A stretch of DNA of 64,000 bases from an uncultured virus (IMG/VR IMGVR_UViG_3300030202_002218). Its lineage: Duplodnaviria; Heunggongvirae; Uroviricota; Caudoviricetes. This document shows positions 1-10,177 of this stretch, piece after piece. The notes under the pieces were generated by a model. That model was not told the DNA's origin. It saw nothing but the letters and a program-made list of their open reading frames with translations, and made no database searches. The stretch lies in the IMG/VR virus record IMGVR_UViG_3300030202_002218. One strand, given 5' to 3'. A program made the position numbers and the translations under genes. The stretch's first letter is position 1. Every line of letters begins with the position of its first letter.

Positions 1-3000
1 TCAAACAACATTATCGAAACGGCATACGAACCTCATGACCGCGCTTTATATTTTCACATTACCAAAATGGGCTACACCTACACGGAACGCGAACCATTGC
101 GCATCGTCAGCAACGCTATGACGCTTAATCGTCTTACAATTGACGAAGTAGGAACTAACACCATCACCGCAAAAGAAACTATTACCGCTGACATTTGGAA
201 ACAAGACCCTACACCCGACGGACGCTACTTCCTTTCAGTCAACGGGACGATTGCATCCTTCACCGATGTAAGCGGTAAGCAATTCACAGGTGTTGTTTTC
301 GCGCCCGACTTTACGGCCAAAGAAGACGACGCCATCAAACCATCATACTATATTCCCGCAGGTTCAACAAGACAGTTTGCCGCTCGTCGCTTACGCGACC
401 ATGCAGAAGTGAGTGGCAACAGCCCGGACAAACCTCATACTACATGGGCTACTCTCGCCGCTGGAACAAGCCCCGCTACTGTTGTTCGCGCGGCTAACAA
501 ACTTACCCCTATGCCACTACCGCGAATGGGTCATCATTATGTTGCACCAACTATGGCGATGATGCCCGGACACCTTGCTCATCCTCTTTACCAACGAGTC
601 TATCAAGCAAACCGCGCATGTTTTGGAGCGACTGATTATGACACAACGAAAGTAATTCATAATCCCTTGTTGTGGTTTTCAAGCCCTACCGCACCAAACC
701 CACCAAGTGATATTCACGGTGACGGATTCACTTTGTTGACTGAAACCAAGATACGATTTGATGGATACGGTATTGCTGATGATAGCGCGTCATGCAACAA
801 AGCAGGTGGTCATCGCATTCAACTTGAAGCAGGGACAAACTACAACACACAATTTCACTTCCCCGACCCAGCAGAAGTGGGCGCGTATCAAATTGTTATT
901 CAACCAAACTTGTTCAGCAAGCAGTTCATGGGTAATAATGAGAATACGACATTCGCATCATTAGAAGCACCCGAAGACCCAAGTGGTGCTAATACGACTG
1001 TCACAGTGTTAACCGACCAACTTGTCGCTACGGTTGTTGGTATGATGAACCGCGACCTTATTCTTTCCGAAGCAACTATGGCTGATGTGCGCGGTTGTGA
1101 AATATATCTTAACGAGATTATGCTTGACATTGACCCTTCAACAAGAGAGCAATTCACTAACATTCCTACACTTGGTTTAACCAATCCATTTGGTGTTAAT
1201 GCTACATCATCGGGAGCATTCACGCGTCGTTCATTGCCTTACCACCCCAACATGTTTCATCGAGCAACACCGGGGCTTACAACAACGATTCCGTGGTGGG
1301 CTGTTGCCTACGCATCTTCAACCATTTTTGGTGTTGGTGCGTGGAAAGGAACAGAACATTACCATCCCGATGACTACTACCATTTCTGCCGTTCAACGCT
1401 TGGTGGTGTTGGTGTTCAAACAACAATGCTCGGATACCCGTCACACTATCTTGATGTTTATTCCGATTATCTCACCGCGCTTACACCGATTGCTACAATT
1501 CAAGAGGCTACTGCTGGCAGTGCGCCAAATTACGGAACGGTAAAAGTCAACAACAACACCCTATTCCCTGTCGCCGGTTTTGATTATTTCAACCAACAAC
1601 TTGTTATTATCGACGCTGGTGGTGTTGAAAGAAGGGCAACTTGGGAAAAGAAGGGTGTCATCAGCGGTGTTGGCGCAACTGATGGTGCAGTTGTCTTCAC
1701 AAAAGTTCAAGAAATTGATGGTGGGTTCTTTGCCGCCGCTGTTGCTGGTGCAACATTAAGAATGACAACAAAGTATGGTAATTCATTATCCGAAAACATC
1801 TTTACCAAATCAAAAGAAAGTGTGGCTACGCGCAACTTACCACAGTTGCTATCGGGAACGAGAGATACCAACAGCCTACACCTACCCGACGCGTATCTTT
1901 GTATGTGGCACTACAACCTCGGTCGCCCGATGACTTGGTTCTCCGATAGCCGAACAAACAAAGGTGACGCGGCTGTTGATAAGAAAGCCTACAACCACGC
2001 GCCCGAACACTTTGAAATGGTTCACTATCATGAGTTTGCATACGCTATGAGTGATGGTCCTTTCAGTTTCCGCGCAAAATATTACGGTGATAGAAATGGA
2101 GCATTAGTGGACACTGGTGTTTTCATCAGCGGGTCGGCAGATAAACATACGGTCACAGATGGTAAATCGCGCAAATATTACTTTGGTTCATTTTGGCCGG
2201 GTGGTCATCGCTTTGGTGCGCAAATGAGTTCTCTCTCACTTTACGGAACTGCCGCACCGGGCTGGCGCGATAAATGGGACAACCCTAACATCAAGCAGGT
2301 ATCCGATGCAAAAGGTTTGACTGTTGCTAACGGCAATGTTGAAACATTGACTGAAACAATAAACAGTGTGGCAAGCACTATGAAACAAGCAGGTTGGGGA
2401 TACCGCGTATCAGTTCGTCAACCATACAACCGACCACGATGGGCTATTAAAGCAAATCAAGCATTACGCGACCCACATACATACTACCACTTCCATGCAG
2501 AAGGTCCATTCGTAGGTAATCAAACAGTGACCACGCGCACAAACACACAGGCAGGTGGCACAAACACTGTGACAACTGCTACAACTAACGCATCCTACAC
2601 TGGTATTATTGAGCGACAAACAAATGCTTCCGCTTTGATAGGAAGCGACCTCAAGTTTCAACAAGTTCGATACAGTGATGGTCGTCGCATGACCAAAGGT
2701 TTTGGTTGTGCTGTGCGCAACATACGAAATCCAACAACAGCACTTCGTAAGTTCCATGCAGATTCACCGGCTGGTCACAAAGGCGGAACAGATGTTGATG
2801 ACCAACGCGTTAATCTTGCGCTTGCTCAAGCACACTACATGGTTGATTGGTGGGGCAACACTACGGGTGAAGAGGTAAGACGATTCCCTGTGCGTGGATT
2901 CGGTATTCGCCCATCATGGGACCCCGAAGATGCATACCGCGCTACGGACAGAACCAAAGTTGCTGAAACTATGTTTGATGAAACAACAGGTATGAAGTCA

Positions 3001-4284
3001 GCAGAAGCCTCTATCAATTTCTTCGACCCTGCAACAGCCAAGAGAGTTGGTGACCGTGGTGATGGACGCGGTGTTCGCTATCCAACATACTTCAATGAAG
3101 ACATACTGCAAGATGTATCGGAAAGTATTGAACCGTTTGGATTAGTTCTTTCTCACCACACAAGTCAACCTCCATTCACAGGTGGATTTATCCGACCTTC
3201 TAACACAAAATTGCAGTCGCATGAAATAACAAGAGGGATAAGCGCGAGATTAGAAGTTGCAGGTGAAGATGGGCTTCTCAAGAAAGAAGCAAATGTTGGA
3301 ACTAATATTGAGAAAACAAACTTCGATTTCATGAGAGAACCAATTGCAAAATCAAAACCTCGTATTGGAATTGACGGCATGAGTGTTGTTGAAAACGATG
3401 GTGAAATATCACCACGGTATGTCATTTCAAGCACAGAAGCAACAAGTCTTCACACAGACAGACAAATTGGACAGCGTTTCATATTCTCCGGTGGTGTATC
3501 AACAGCAAACCGCGCATTGAGTGATTTGAACTTGAACACTCTCAACTTGAGTTCAGCCAAACAAGTGATGAAGTTTGGAACAACGCATGGTATCCCTCCT
3601 ATCGGTGGAACATATATCATGGAAGTATCATCCGAAGGAGAATCAATTAGTGATTTAGGATGGGGCGCGTCAAGCGGTGTGACAACAAATCCATACCAAA
3701 CAACTAATCACAACTCATTGAGCAACAAAACCAATCTTAAAGATGATACTATCAAGTTCCTTATTCGTCCTGTGCGCGTGCTTGACAACAAACACATCGA
3801 ACTATTCCGAGATGATACAACACATGTTCTATCTGCAACAGCCGCGGGTCGTTATGGTGTGTTCATGTATGATGCACCAAACGCACGCGCCGCTCTCGCC
3901 GCATCAAACTACATGCGCAATACAAACCCAGCACCAAGCAACCCACCTTACGCGCCTGTTTATTTATTCAAATTATCGGGAGTGGGGTCTTCAACAAGCG
4001 CACCTTCAAGCGTTGGTCCAAAAATACCCGGTAGTGAAGCCTCTTCATTTACTACAAAGTCAACTCAAGCAGTTGCGAGGATGGTAGTCACCAACAATAC
4101 ACTACAACACTTACGCGCGGACGCATCAAGAAGACAGTCTGTGACCGAAGAAAGAAACACATTCATAAGAAACGATTACACCGTTCAACCACGATACACT
4201 CAATCGCTATACGCGGGTGATAAACTTAATACATCGGACCACAGCAATGAGGGTGACAGAACTGATAATGGAGTTGGTGCGTGA
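1..4284 (+). CDS. Large virion structural protein (tail/baseplate region), 5'-truncated by the window
   Basis: Frame is open from base 1 through the ATG at 67 to the stop at 4284; >1400 aa, T/G/N/S-rich; directly upstream of hub-like and tail-fibre genes. No diagnostic motif. Confidence 0.6.
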   Translation, partial: SNNIIETAYEPHDRALYFHITKMGYTYTEREPLRIVSNAMTLNRLTIDEVGTNTITAKETITADIWKQDPTPDGRYFLSVNGTIASFTDVSGKQFTGVVFAPDFTAKEDDAIKPSYYIPAGSTRQFAARRLRDHAEVSGNSPDKPHTTWATLAAGTSPATVVRAANKLTPMPLPRMGHHYVAPTMAMMPGHLAHPLYQRVYQANRACFGATDYDTTKVIHNPLLWFSSPTAPNPPSDIHGDGFTLLTETKIRFDGYGIADDSASCNKAGGHRIQLEAGTNYNTQFHFPDPAEVGAYQIVIQPNLFSKQFMGNNENTTFASLEAPEDPSGANTTVTVLTDQLVATVVGMMNRDLILSEATMADVRGCEIYLNEIMLDIDPSTREQFTNIPTLGLTNPFGVNATSSGAFTRRSLPYHPNMFHRATPGLTTTIPWWAVAYASSTIFGVGAWKGTEHYHPDDYYHFCRSTLGGVGVQTTMLGYPSHYLDVYSDYLTALTPIATIQEATAGSAPNYGTVKVNNNTLFPVAGFDYFNQQLVIIDAGGVERRATWEKKGVISGVGATDGAVVFTKVQEIDGGFFAAAVAGATLRMTTKYGNSLSENIFTKSKESVATRNLPQLLSGTRDTNSLHLPDAYLCMWHYNLGRPMTWFSDSRTNKGDAAVDKKAYNHAPEHFEMVHYHEFAYAMSDGPFSFRAKYYGDRNGALVDTGVFISGSADKHTVTDGKSRKYYFGSFWPGGHRFGAQMSSLSLYGTAAPGWRDKWDNPNIKQVSDAKGLTVANGNVETLTETINSVASTMKQAGWGYRVSVRQPYNRPRWAIKANQALRDPHTYYHFHAEGPFVGNQTVTTRTNTQAGGTNTVTTATTNASYTGIIERQTNASALIGSDLKFQQVRYSDGRRMTKGFGCAVRNIRNPTTALRKFHADSPAGHKGGTDVDDQRVNLALAQAHYMVDWWGNTTGEEVRRFPVRGFGIRPSWDPEDAYRATDRTKVAETMFDETTGMKSAEASINFFDPATAKRVGDRGDGRGVRYPTYFNEDILQDVSESIEPFGLVLSHHTSQPPFTGGFIRPSNTKLQSHEITRGISARLEVAGEDGLLKKEANVGTNIEKTNFDFMREPIAKSKPRIGIDGMSVVENDGEISPRYVISSTEATSLHTDRQIGQRFIFSGGVSTANRALSDLNLNTLNLSSAKQVMKFGTTHGIPPIGGTYIMEVSSEGESISDLGWGASSGVTTNPYQTTNHNSLSNKTNLKDDTIKFLIRPVRVLDNKHIELFRDDTTHVLSATAAGRYGVFMYDAPNARAALAASNYMRNTNPAPSNPPYAPVYLFKLSGVGSSTSAPSSVGPKIPGSEASSFTTKSTQAVARMVVTNNTLQHLRADASRRQSVTEERNTFIRNDYTVQPRYTQSLYAGDKLNTSDHSNEGDRTDNGVGA

Positions 4285-5954
4285 TGCCTTACACTGTCCC
4301 AACACCAACAAACGCAACATACGCAGGGAGAAGATACGGGCGCGCTAAAGAAGTGCATAATGAAATAGGCGCAATTGCAGAAAAACCAACATTTGTTGAC
4401 AATGCAGTTCACCACGCAGTGTATGAATCAACACAATCAACCAGCAAAAAAACACAAGTGAGCAAACCAAATCAAAAACATTTTCAGCCAACACACCCTC
4501 GACGCTATCGAATAAGTGAAGAACAATCATCAATACGATTAGCGCATACTACACACGAAGATAGTCCATTTTTCAACGGAGAGCAACTAAGCGCAACATC
4601 AAGCAGACCTATGTTGCTGATAGCCGAAGAAGACGATGCGTTAAGATTGCGAACTCAATCAGTTAATACAACAGCAAAGGGAGTGCGAGTTGAGTTAACC
4701 AACATGAGAGGTAAAAGTATCACTAATTATGGCATGGGCGATACATCACATGTTCGCGCTGGACAAACAATTAGCGTTGGTATGAGGTCAACCGATTTAG
4801 TTGAGAAACTATTTGATAAAGCGTTGCATGGTTTAAACAGCGCGTCATCAAAGGGGGTAAGCACTTTGTTTATTGCGCAAAACTTCAATTCAACAGTAGT
4901 GCCAACAGCAGTTCGATTTGTAGGCAGACATGACCATTTCATTATGTATTACGATAAGTTTGGAAATTTCTTATACGCGCCTAAAATTTTCAACAACAAG
5001 GACCGTCAGTTAGGAACACAACGAGGTGTTGCTAAAACAAAGATTGACCCAATCGTTGATGTCGCAAACAGGATTGTCGTCAAAGGAAACGGTATCGCTC
5101 TCAATGATTCTCTTAGCATAACAGTTGATGACGCAGAAGAACAGAAAAAGCGTGGCTCAATTAAAGAAATGAAAGTAAAAGACCCCACTGTCAACAACGA
5201 ATCGAAAGGTCGAACAGCGGCGAGTCAACTGTTGCGTTTGAATAAGAAAGCGCAAGGAGCATTGCAATCAAACATGCACGCGCAATCTTGGGACTTTGAA
5301 CCGGGTGATATTGTTGATTATGATTCTGCAATTGGAAAAGTGCAACAAGCAATTATTGAATTAGAACACAGCGCAAGCGGAACATCAAATTTTCAATTGC
5401 TTTCTTATGAAGCAGGTCTTGAGGCTGTTATCAATTCATTTGGTGACAGCGCGGATTTAGACGATGAAGAGTTTGAGATGAATAGCAGTGAACAAATCGC
5501 TGTTCTTAACAAGAGTGGTATTGGTTCAAGTAAAATAAGAATGCGCGGAGTATTGACTGTCCGCCCTGTTATTGACAAACTGACAAGAACGAGAACAAGC
5601 GCGGTCAATACAGGCTCGGATATACACGCGGGTATCTTATTAGGACATCGCAACAACGGATACGGTGCAGGTCGGTCTGCTCTTGGGTTTGGTATTACAC
5701 CGCGCATAAACGGAACACATGCGGCGGGGGCTATCACGGTCACCAGCACAGCCGGATTTGCTGATAGTGGTCACTTGATACTTGATAACAAATCCTTTGT
5801 GTCATATAGCGGTAAGACAGCAACCACCTTCACAGGGGTAAGTTTGGTAAGCGGAGCCGCCATAGCCTCACCTATCGCGGAGATTCGTATGCTCCGCCCT
5901 CGCGGACATGAGATGAGAACAGTGAAGGGTAAGAAGATTAGGAGGAAGATTTGA
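4284..5954 (+). CDS. Putative tail/baseplate hub-like protein
   Basis: About 556 aa; segments such as YYDKFGNFLY, ANRIVVKG and WDFEPGDIV resemble hub/late-control-D-type tail proteins; coupled to the upstream gene by a GTGATG overlap. Confidence 0.5.
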   Translation: MPYTVPTPTNATYAGRRYGRAKEVHNEIGAIAEKPTFVDNAVHHAVYESTQSTSKKTQVSKPNQKHFQPTHPRRYRISEEQSSIRLAHTTHEDSPFFNGEQLSATSSRPMLLIAEEDDALRLRTQSVNTTAKGVRVELTNMRGKSITNYGMGDTSHVRAGQTISVGMRSTDLVEKLFDKALHGLNSASSKGVSTLFIAQNFNSTVVPTAVRFVGRHDHFIMYYDKFGNFLYAPKIFNNKDRQLGTQRGVAKTKIDPIVDVANRIVVKGNGIALNDSLSITVDDAEEQKKRGSIKEMKVKDPTVNNESKGRTAASQLLRLNKKAQGALQSNMHAQSWDFEPGDIVDYDSAIGKVQQAIIELEHSASGTSNFQLLSYEAGLEAVINSFGDSADLDDEEFEMNSSEQIAVLNKSGIGSSKIRMRGVLTVRPVIDKLTRTRTSAVNTGSDIHAGILLGHRNNGYGAGRSALGFGITPRINGTHAAGAITVTSTAGFADSGHLILDNKSFVSYSGKTATTFTGVSLVSGAAIASPIAEIRMLRPRGHEMRTVKGKKIRRKI

Positions 5955-6421
5955 TGAACGCGTTTGAAGAGGCATGGGGGTTGCTCAAAGAAGATAACAT
6001 GCCTTTTGACATAGAAGATTTTGACATGGGAGATGCACAACCTCAACCGGCGATAACGATGGATTGGATAGACCATAACACAATGCGACAACATCCCAAC
6101 AAAGTATTTCTCTTCGGAGATAACCACCAAAGAGCAGGGCGCGGCGGTCAAGCCAAAGTGATGCGAGGACACCCTCAAGCAGTCGGCATCCGAACAAAAC
6201 ATGCGCCTTCAATGCGCTCAAGCGCGATGTGGACTGATGACACCTACGACGAAAATGTGCGCATGATTGATGAAGACATCAACCAAGCACTTTCACACGG
6301 CAAACAAATCGTCATTCCGTCAGCGGGAATAGGAACAGGGCTTGCGCGCCTCCCACAGAACGCACCACGCACAAATCAATATCTGCAATCACGCCTCAAC
6401 GCGCTTCGGGGGATTGAATAA
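5954..6421 (+). CDS. Macrodomain-like protein with N-terminal AWGLLK leader
   Basis: VFLFGDN..GRGGQA and IVIPSAGIGTGLA parallel the macrodomain N..GGG and PxIGTG motifs; GGAGG Shine-Dalgarno upstream. Confidence 0.55.
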   Translation: MNAFEEAWGLLKEDNMPFDIEDFDMGDAQPQPAITMDWIDHNTMRQHPNKVFLFGDNHQRAGRGGQAKVMRGHPQAVGIRTKHAPSMRSSAMWTDDTYDENVRMIDEDINQALSHGKQIVIPSAGIGTGLARLPQNAPRTNQYLQSRLNALRGIE

Positions 6422-6768
6422 TGCCAATGCTAAATGCTGTTAAACGACGCTTGGTTGAACACCTCGCTACGCTTGTTAACGAGTTGCATGTTGGTAGCGA
6501 CGGAACAGTTGCAACTTCCGAAGATGGTGGTGCGCGCACACTCGCAAGAGTCGTCCCGCGTGTGCAAATTATTGACGACACAAGCATACTTGTCGAGGGT
6601 GTGTTGAACGCATCGTATGTATTTGCAAGCCCTATTCAAGAGATTTACCTTCAATACAAAGACGCAACCACAGGTGAGTTTGTTCCTGTGTATCGCGCGG
6701 ATATTCATTCTCTCACAAAGAGCGCAGACAATGAAGTGCGCTTCTCATTCATATTGGAGGTATCGTGA
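6421..6768 (+). CDS. Putative virion tail/baseplate protein
   Basis: 115 aa, beta-rich; lies between tail genes with overlapping start/stop codons. Confidence 0.5.
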   Translation: MPMLNAVKRRLVEHLATLVNELHVGSDGTVATSEDGGARTLARVVPRVQIIDDTSILVEGVLNASYVFASPIQEIYLQYKDATTGEFVPVYRADIHSLTKSADNEVRFSFILEVS

Positions 6769-9077
6769 TGGCAACAGATAACATAGCAGGGCATACAGCC
6801 GCGCAGAATACGCTTGGTGAAGACGGACTACGAGATGGAGATTCGTTATCACCCACGACTTTAACGAACGCGCTACAAGGTATTCACGGCAACGGTATCC
6901 TTCGATACCAAGACGGAGCCTTCGGCTCTACGCGCAATGATACCAATACTGGTAATCAACCCGGCTCTATGGTGCGTGCAACAGCAAGCACGCTTACTGT
7001 GAGTGGTGGTTTCGCTGTGCTTGACGGTGCGCTGTATGAGTTTGGAACAGGTGTTGGTGACACAATTACGCTTGACCTCAACGACGGCTCACACGGAACA
7101 GGCGCGCTTACGCTCGCCGCCAACCAAGAAGCAATTTACACTATCTTTGTTGCACCGAGTGGTGGAGTTAACAAAGTTCACTACGAGGCTGGTAGTCCAG
7201 TTGATACCACAACGGGTCTTTACCCCTCCGCGTCTAATCAATATCTTATCAATTACAAGACACTATCATCGGGTGACAATGCAAAAGCCATCGCGCTTGC
7301 TCAAGTAAGAGTTCAATACATTGCAAGCGGCGGTGGCTCAAACAATCTCAACATCATCGAGATAAACGACAAGCGTGTATTTCTTCATGGCGCGGCAGAT
7401 TATCGCATTCCTCTTTCGGTTGGAGTAATTGACCCTACTGGTGCGGGTGGCACTATTGGTGCTATAAGAGATAGCGGCGCAGATGGTATCAACACTATCG
7501 CTCACCTCAACGCTATTCATAACGACAACGGCGAACTCGCTATCACCGACACCGTGAATGTGCATTGGGTCAGTCATCCGCGCTATGGTGTATTTAGTCA
7601 ATCACCACCGGGAGCGAGCGACGCTGGGTATGGTCAAGGACCATCGCGCGGTGCAGACCGTGGTGGTGGTCATGTCGCTGATACATTTTATTTCGCAGGG
7701 CGCAACAACGAAAAGACGGGACACTACTCGGTAAGATTACAAGGGCGCGGCGTTGATGCAACCACAACCGCACTAACCACATCGGGTATTTGGAAAATTA
7801 CAGCAGACGGAGATTCATTCTTTATGCTTTCACCAAACGCGGGTGTTGACATTACACTACAACCGGAGCAAGATGCATCAAGTAATTACGAATTCCCCGA
7901 AGGACATACTATTGAAGTATGCAATAACGGATTAGGTAATATTATTTTTGATGATTTAAGCGGTTCTAACGAAACCGTTGGACCAGCACACCGCGCTACA
8001 TTCATTTACGAAGGTAGTGTGTGGGTGCGATGCGATTATCAATCGGCTATTATCGCGGCTGGACCTGCACCTGCAATTTATGATAACAGCGGAACACCTG
8101 CATTTACATCGGGTATTACCAAAGCAGAAGTGTTAACGCTTCTTAATGTTGAAGACGGAGCAGATGTCACAGACGCGACTAATGTTAATGCCGCAGGTGC
8201 AATTATGCATAGCGACTTAGGCACAAAGGGTGACTTGGCCGTAGGTGATGGTGCGGGTGATGTGACTATCTTAGGAGTGGGGACCAATAATCATGTTTTA
8301 ACAGCAGACAGTTCCGAACCATCGGGTGTCAAATGGGCGGCGGCAAGCGGTGGCGGCGCGGCTCCCGCTATTGAAGATAACAGTGGAACGCCAGCCTTCG
8401 CCACAGGTATCACCAAAGCAGAAGTGCTGACACTCATCAATGTTGAAGATGGCGCAGATGTGACCGATGCAACGAATGTGACAGCGGCGGGAGCATTGAT
8501 GGATAGCGAAGTCACAAATCTCGCGTTTGTAAAAGGTTTAGCAGGTGGTATATCCAACGGTAATGTGTTGGTTGCTAATGCTAATGTAGCAGATAATGAT
8601 TTCTTAAAAGTTGACGGAACATCAATTGAAGGGCGAACCGCGGCTGAAACTCTTAGCGACATCGGTGCGGTTAACGCGGCAGGTGCGGTCACTGCTGTCC
8701 AAGCCGCTACTACTTTGGTATTAGCCGGTGATGTTGAAATTGCGGTGGGTAAGGCGTTCCGAGCGCAAAAGAGTTTAATATTCCCGATAGGTGGTTTCGC
8801 GCCTGTCACTTTAGTTAATACCACACACGCGGGTAAAATACTCATGGGGCAAGGTGGTATGACTGTTATTCTTCCTGTAATGCCTGTTGGAAGTGAAGGT
8901 GAAACTTATGTCGTTATCAACACCAATGCTCCGGGTGCAGGTGCTATTACGATTGACGCAACTACAAATGGTCAATCCTTGAACGGTGCTGTTTCAAATG
9001 GTTCACTACCGGCACATGAGGCTGTCACTTTAATTTACACAGGCGCGTTGAATGGTTGGTATGGAATAGGGTTGTGA
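6768..9077 (+). CDS. Tail fibre / receptor-binding protein
   Basis: About 769 aa, G/A/T-rich; duplicated ~46-aa block containing ADVTDATNV(N/T)AAGA, typical of marine phage fibres; C-terminal beta-rich tip; GGAGG SD. Confidence 0.75.
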   Translation: MATDNIAGHTAAQNTLGEDGLRDGDSLSPTTLTNALQGIHGNGILRYQDGAFGSTRNDTNTGNQPGSMVRATASTLTVSGGFAVLDGALYEFGTGVGDTITLDLNDGSHGTGALTLAANQEAIYTIFVAPSGGVNKVHYEAGSPVDTTTGLYPSASNQYLINYKTLSSGDNAKAIALAQVRVQYIASGGGSNNLNIIEINDKRVFLHGAADYRIPLSVGVIDPTGAGGTIGAIRDSGADGINTIAHLNAIHNDNGELAITDTVNVHWVSHPRYGVFSQSPPGASDAGYGQGPSRGADRGGGHVADTFYFAGRNNEKTGHYSVRLQGRGVDATTTALTTSGIWKITADGDSFFMLSPNAGVDITLQPEQDASSNYEFPEGHTIEVCNNGLGNIIFDDLSGSNETVGPAHRATFIYEGSVWVRCDYQSAIIAAGPAPAIYDNSGTPAFTSGITKAEVLTLLNVEDGADVTDATNVNAAGAIMHSDLGTKGDLAVGDGAGDVTILGVGTNNHVLTADSSEPSGVKWAAASGGGAAPAIEDNSGTPAFATGITKAEVLTLINVEDGADVTDATNVTAAGALMDSEVTNLAFVKGLAGGISNGNVLVANANVADNDFLKVDGTSIEGRTAAETLSDIGAVNAAGAVTAVQAATTLVLAGDVEIAVGKAFRAQKSLIFPIGGFAPVTLVNTTHAGKILMGQGGMTVILPVMPVGSEGETYVVINTNAPGAGAITIDATTNGQSLNGAVSNGSLPAHEAVTLIYTGALNGWYGIGL
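8070..8501 (+). repeat. Internal duplication in the tail fibre (8070-8207 and 8364-8501)
   Basis: PAIYDNSGTPAFTSGITKAEVLTLLNVEDGADVTDATNVNAAGAIM versus PAIEDNSGTPAFATGITKAEVLTLINVEDGADVTDATNVTAAGALM. Confidence 0.9.
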
Positions 9078-9081
9078 TACT

Positions 9082-9810
9082 ATGTGGGGAATGACAGCCA
9101 TGACAAAAGGCACTTCTATGAAAGACAAGAAGAAGCGCGCGGGTGGCGGGGGTGCGCCATCAACAGGAACATACCCCTCCGTTGTAGGGCCGGGTATCGA
9201 CATAGGTTGTATGGCACTTGGTCTAAACCGCGCGGGGAACCATTTACATGCGAGTGTGTTGATGAGAGAATCATTTGACGCGGGAGGTTTTCTTACAATT
9301 ACAAACGCCGGAGGTGTGCCGTTAAACTCAATAGGCTCACCCGAAGTTGAAGTCGCTGATTATATCGCTACGGCGATTCAAGGTGAAACACCCATTAACG
9401 GGGGTATTGTAGGTGGTGGAGGCAACCCTATGCAAGCCGGTGTTTTTCACACACAAAACGCACCCGCTCACGCTGGAACCACACTCGTATTTCGGGCGGA
9501 AAATGATGAACCGAATGGTGCTTTTGGTGGGGGTGAGTTCCTTGATATTCAAATGGTTCACAATCCAAATAGCGTTAGCATAGCGGCAATAAATGGTTCC
9601 CCTCCCGCGCAGATTACTTTCAGTCATTCCGGTTATGCTAATGCGGAGATTGAGTTTGGCCCGTTAAGTGGTGGTGAAACAATCATCTTAGAGTTCAAAA
9701 TAACGGGTCATTCTAAAGCGGGGAACTTTTCATCGGCTGTAATATCTCCGCCGGTATCGGGTTCAACTTTGAAAGTAGGCTCTTGTTATGTTCAAATAGT
9801 ATTCAATTGA
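9082..9810 (+). CDS. Putative fibre-associated/adhesin protein
   Basis: 242 aa, Gly-rich and beta-rich, immediately after the fibre gene. Confidence 0.5.
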   Translation: MWGMTAMTKGTSMKDKKKRAGGGGAPSTGTYPSVVGPGIDIGCMALGLNRAGNHLHASVLMRESFDAGGFLTITNAGGVPLNSIGSPEVEVADYIATAIQGETPINGGIVGGGGNPMQAGVFHTQNAPAHAGTTLVFRAENDEPNGAFGGGEFLDIQMVHNPNSVSIAAINGSPPAQITFSHSGYANAEIEFGPLSGGETIILEFKITGHSKAGNFSSAVISPPVSGSTLKVGSCYVQIVFN

Positions 9811-9821
9811 TAGGTGATAAT

Positions 9822-9980
9822 ATGAGTTTATGGTTAATGTTTATTTTAGCGTTTATAGCAGGTTTCGTGACAATGTGGTTATCAACAATAGATGATAAAG
9901 ATACAGGGTTTGTTATTTTTGAATCCAACGAAGAGTTGCAAAAAGGATGCTGGGAAGGCTTACGAAAGGGGTTGGAATGA
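9822..9980 (+). CDS. Small single-pass membrane protein
   Basis: AGGTGA SD then ATG at 9822; hydrophobic N-terminus LWLMFILAFIAGFVTMWL. Confidence 0.65.
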   Translation: MSLWLMFILAFIAGFVTMWLSTIDDKDTGFVIFESNEELQKGCWEGLRKGLE

Positions 9981-10177
9981 TGGGTAAATTAAGAGAGCGT
10001 CTAAGCCAAAAGTGTCCAAGTTGCGGTAAAACAGTTATCGCGCGACGAATCGAGGGCCGATATGTTAATGATAGAGATTCGCGTGTGCTTGTTTGGGAGT
10101 GTCCTAATTGTCAAAGACTTTGGCGCGAAGCGCGATTAAACAAACCTAAATTCAAACAACACGGAGTTGAACAATAA
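9977..10177 (+). CDS. Small zinc-ribbon protein
   Basis: CPSC...CPNC; ATGA overlap with the upstream gene. Confidence 0.7.
   Translation: MMGKLRERLSQKCPSCGKTVIARRIEGRYVNDRDSRVLVWECPNCQRLWREARLNKPKFKQHGVEQ

Noticed and set aside
6768..9810. Diversity-generating retroelement targeting the fibre
   Set aside because: No reverse transcriptase gene is present, and the repeat differences are mostly synonymous rather than adenine-specific.
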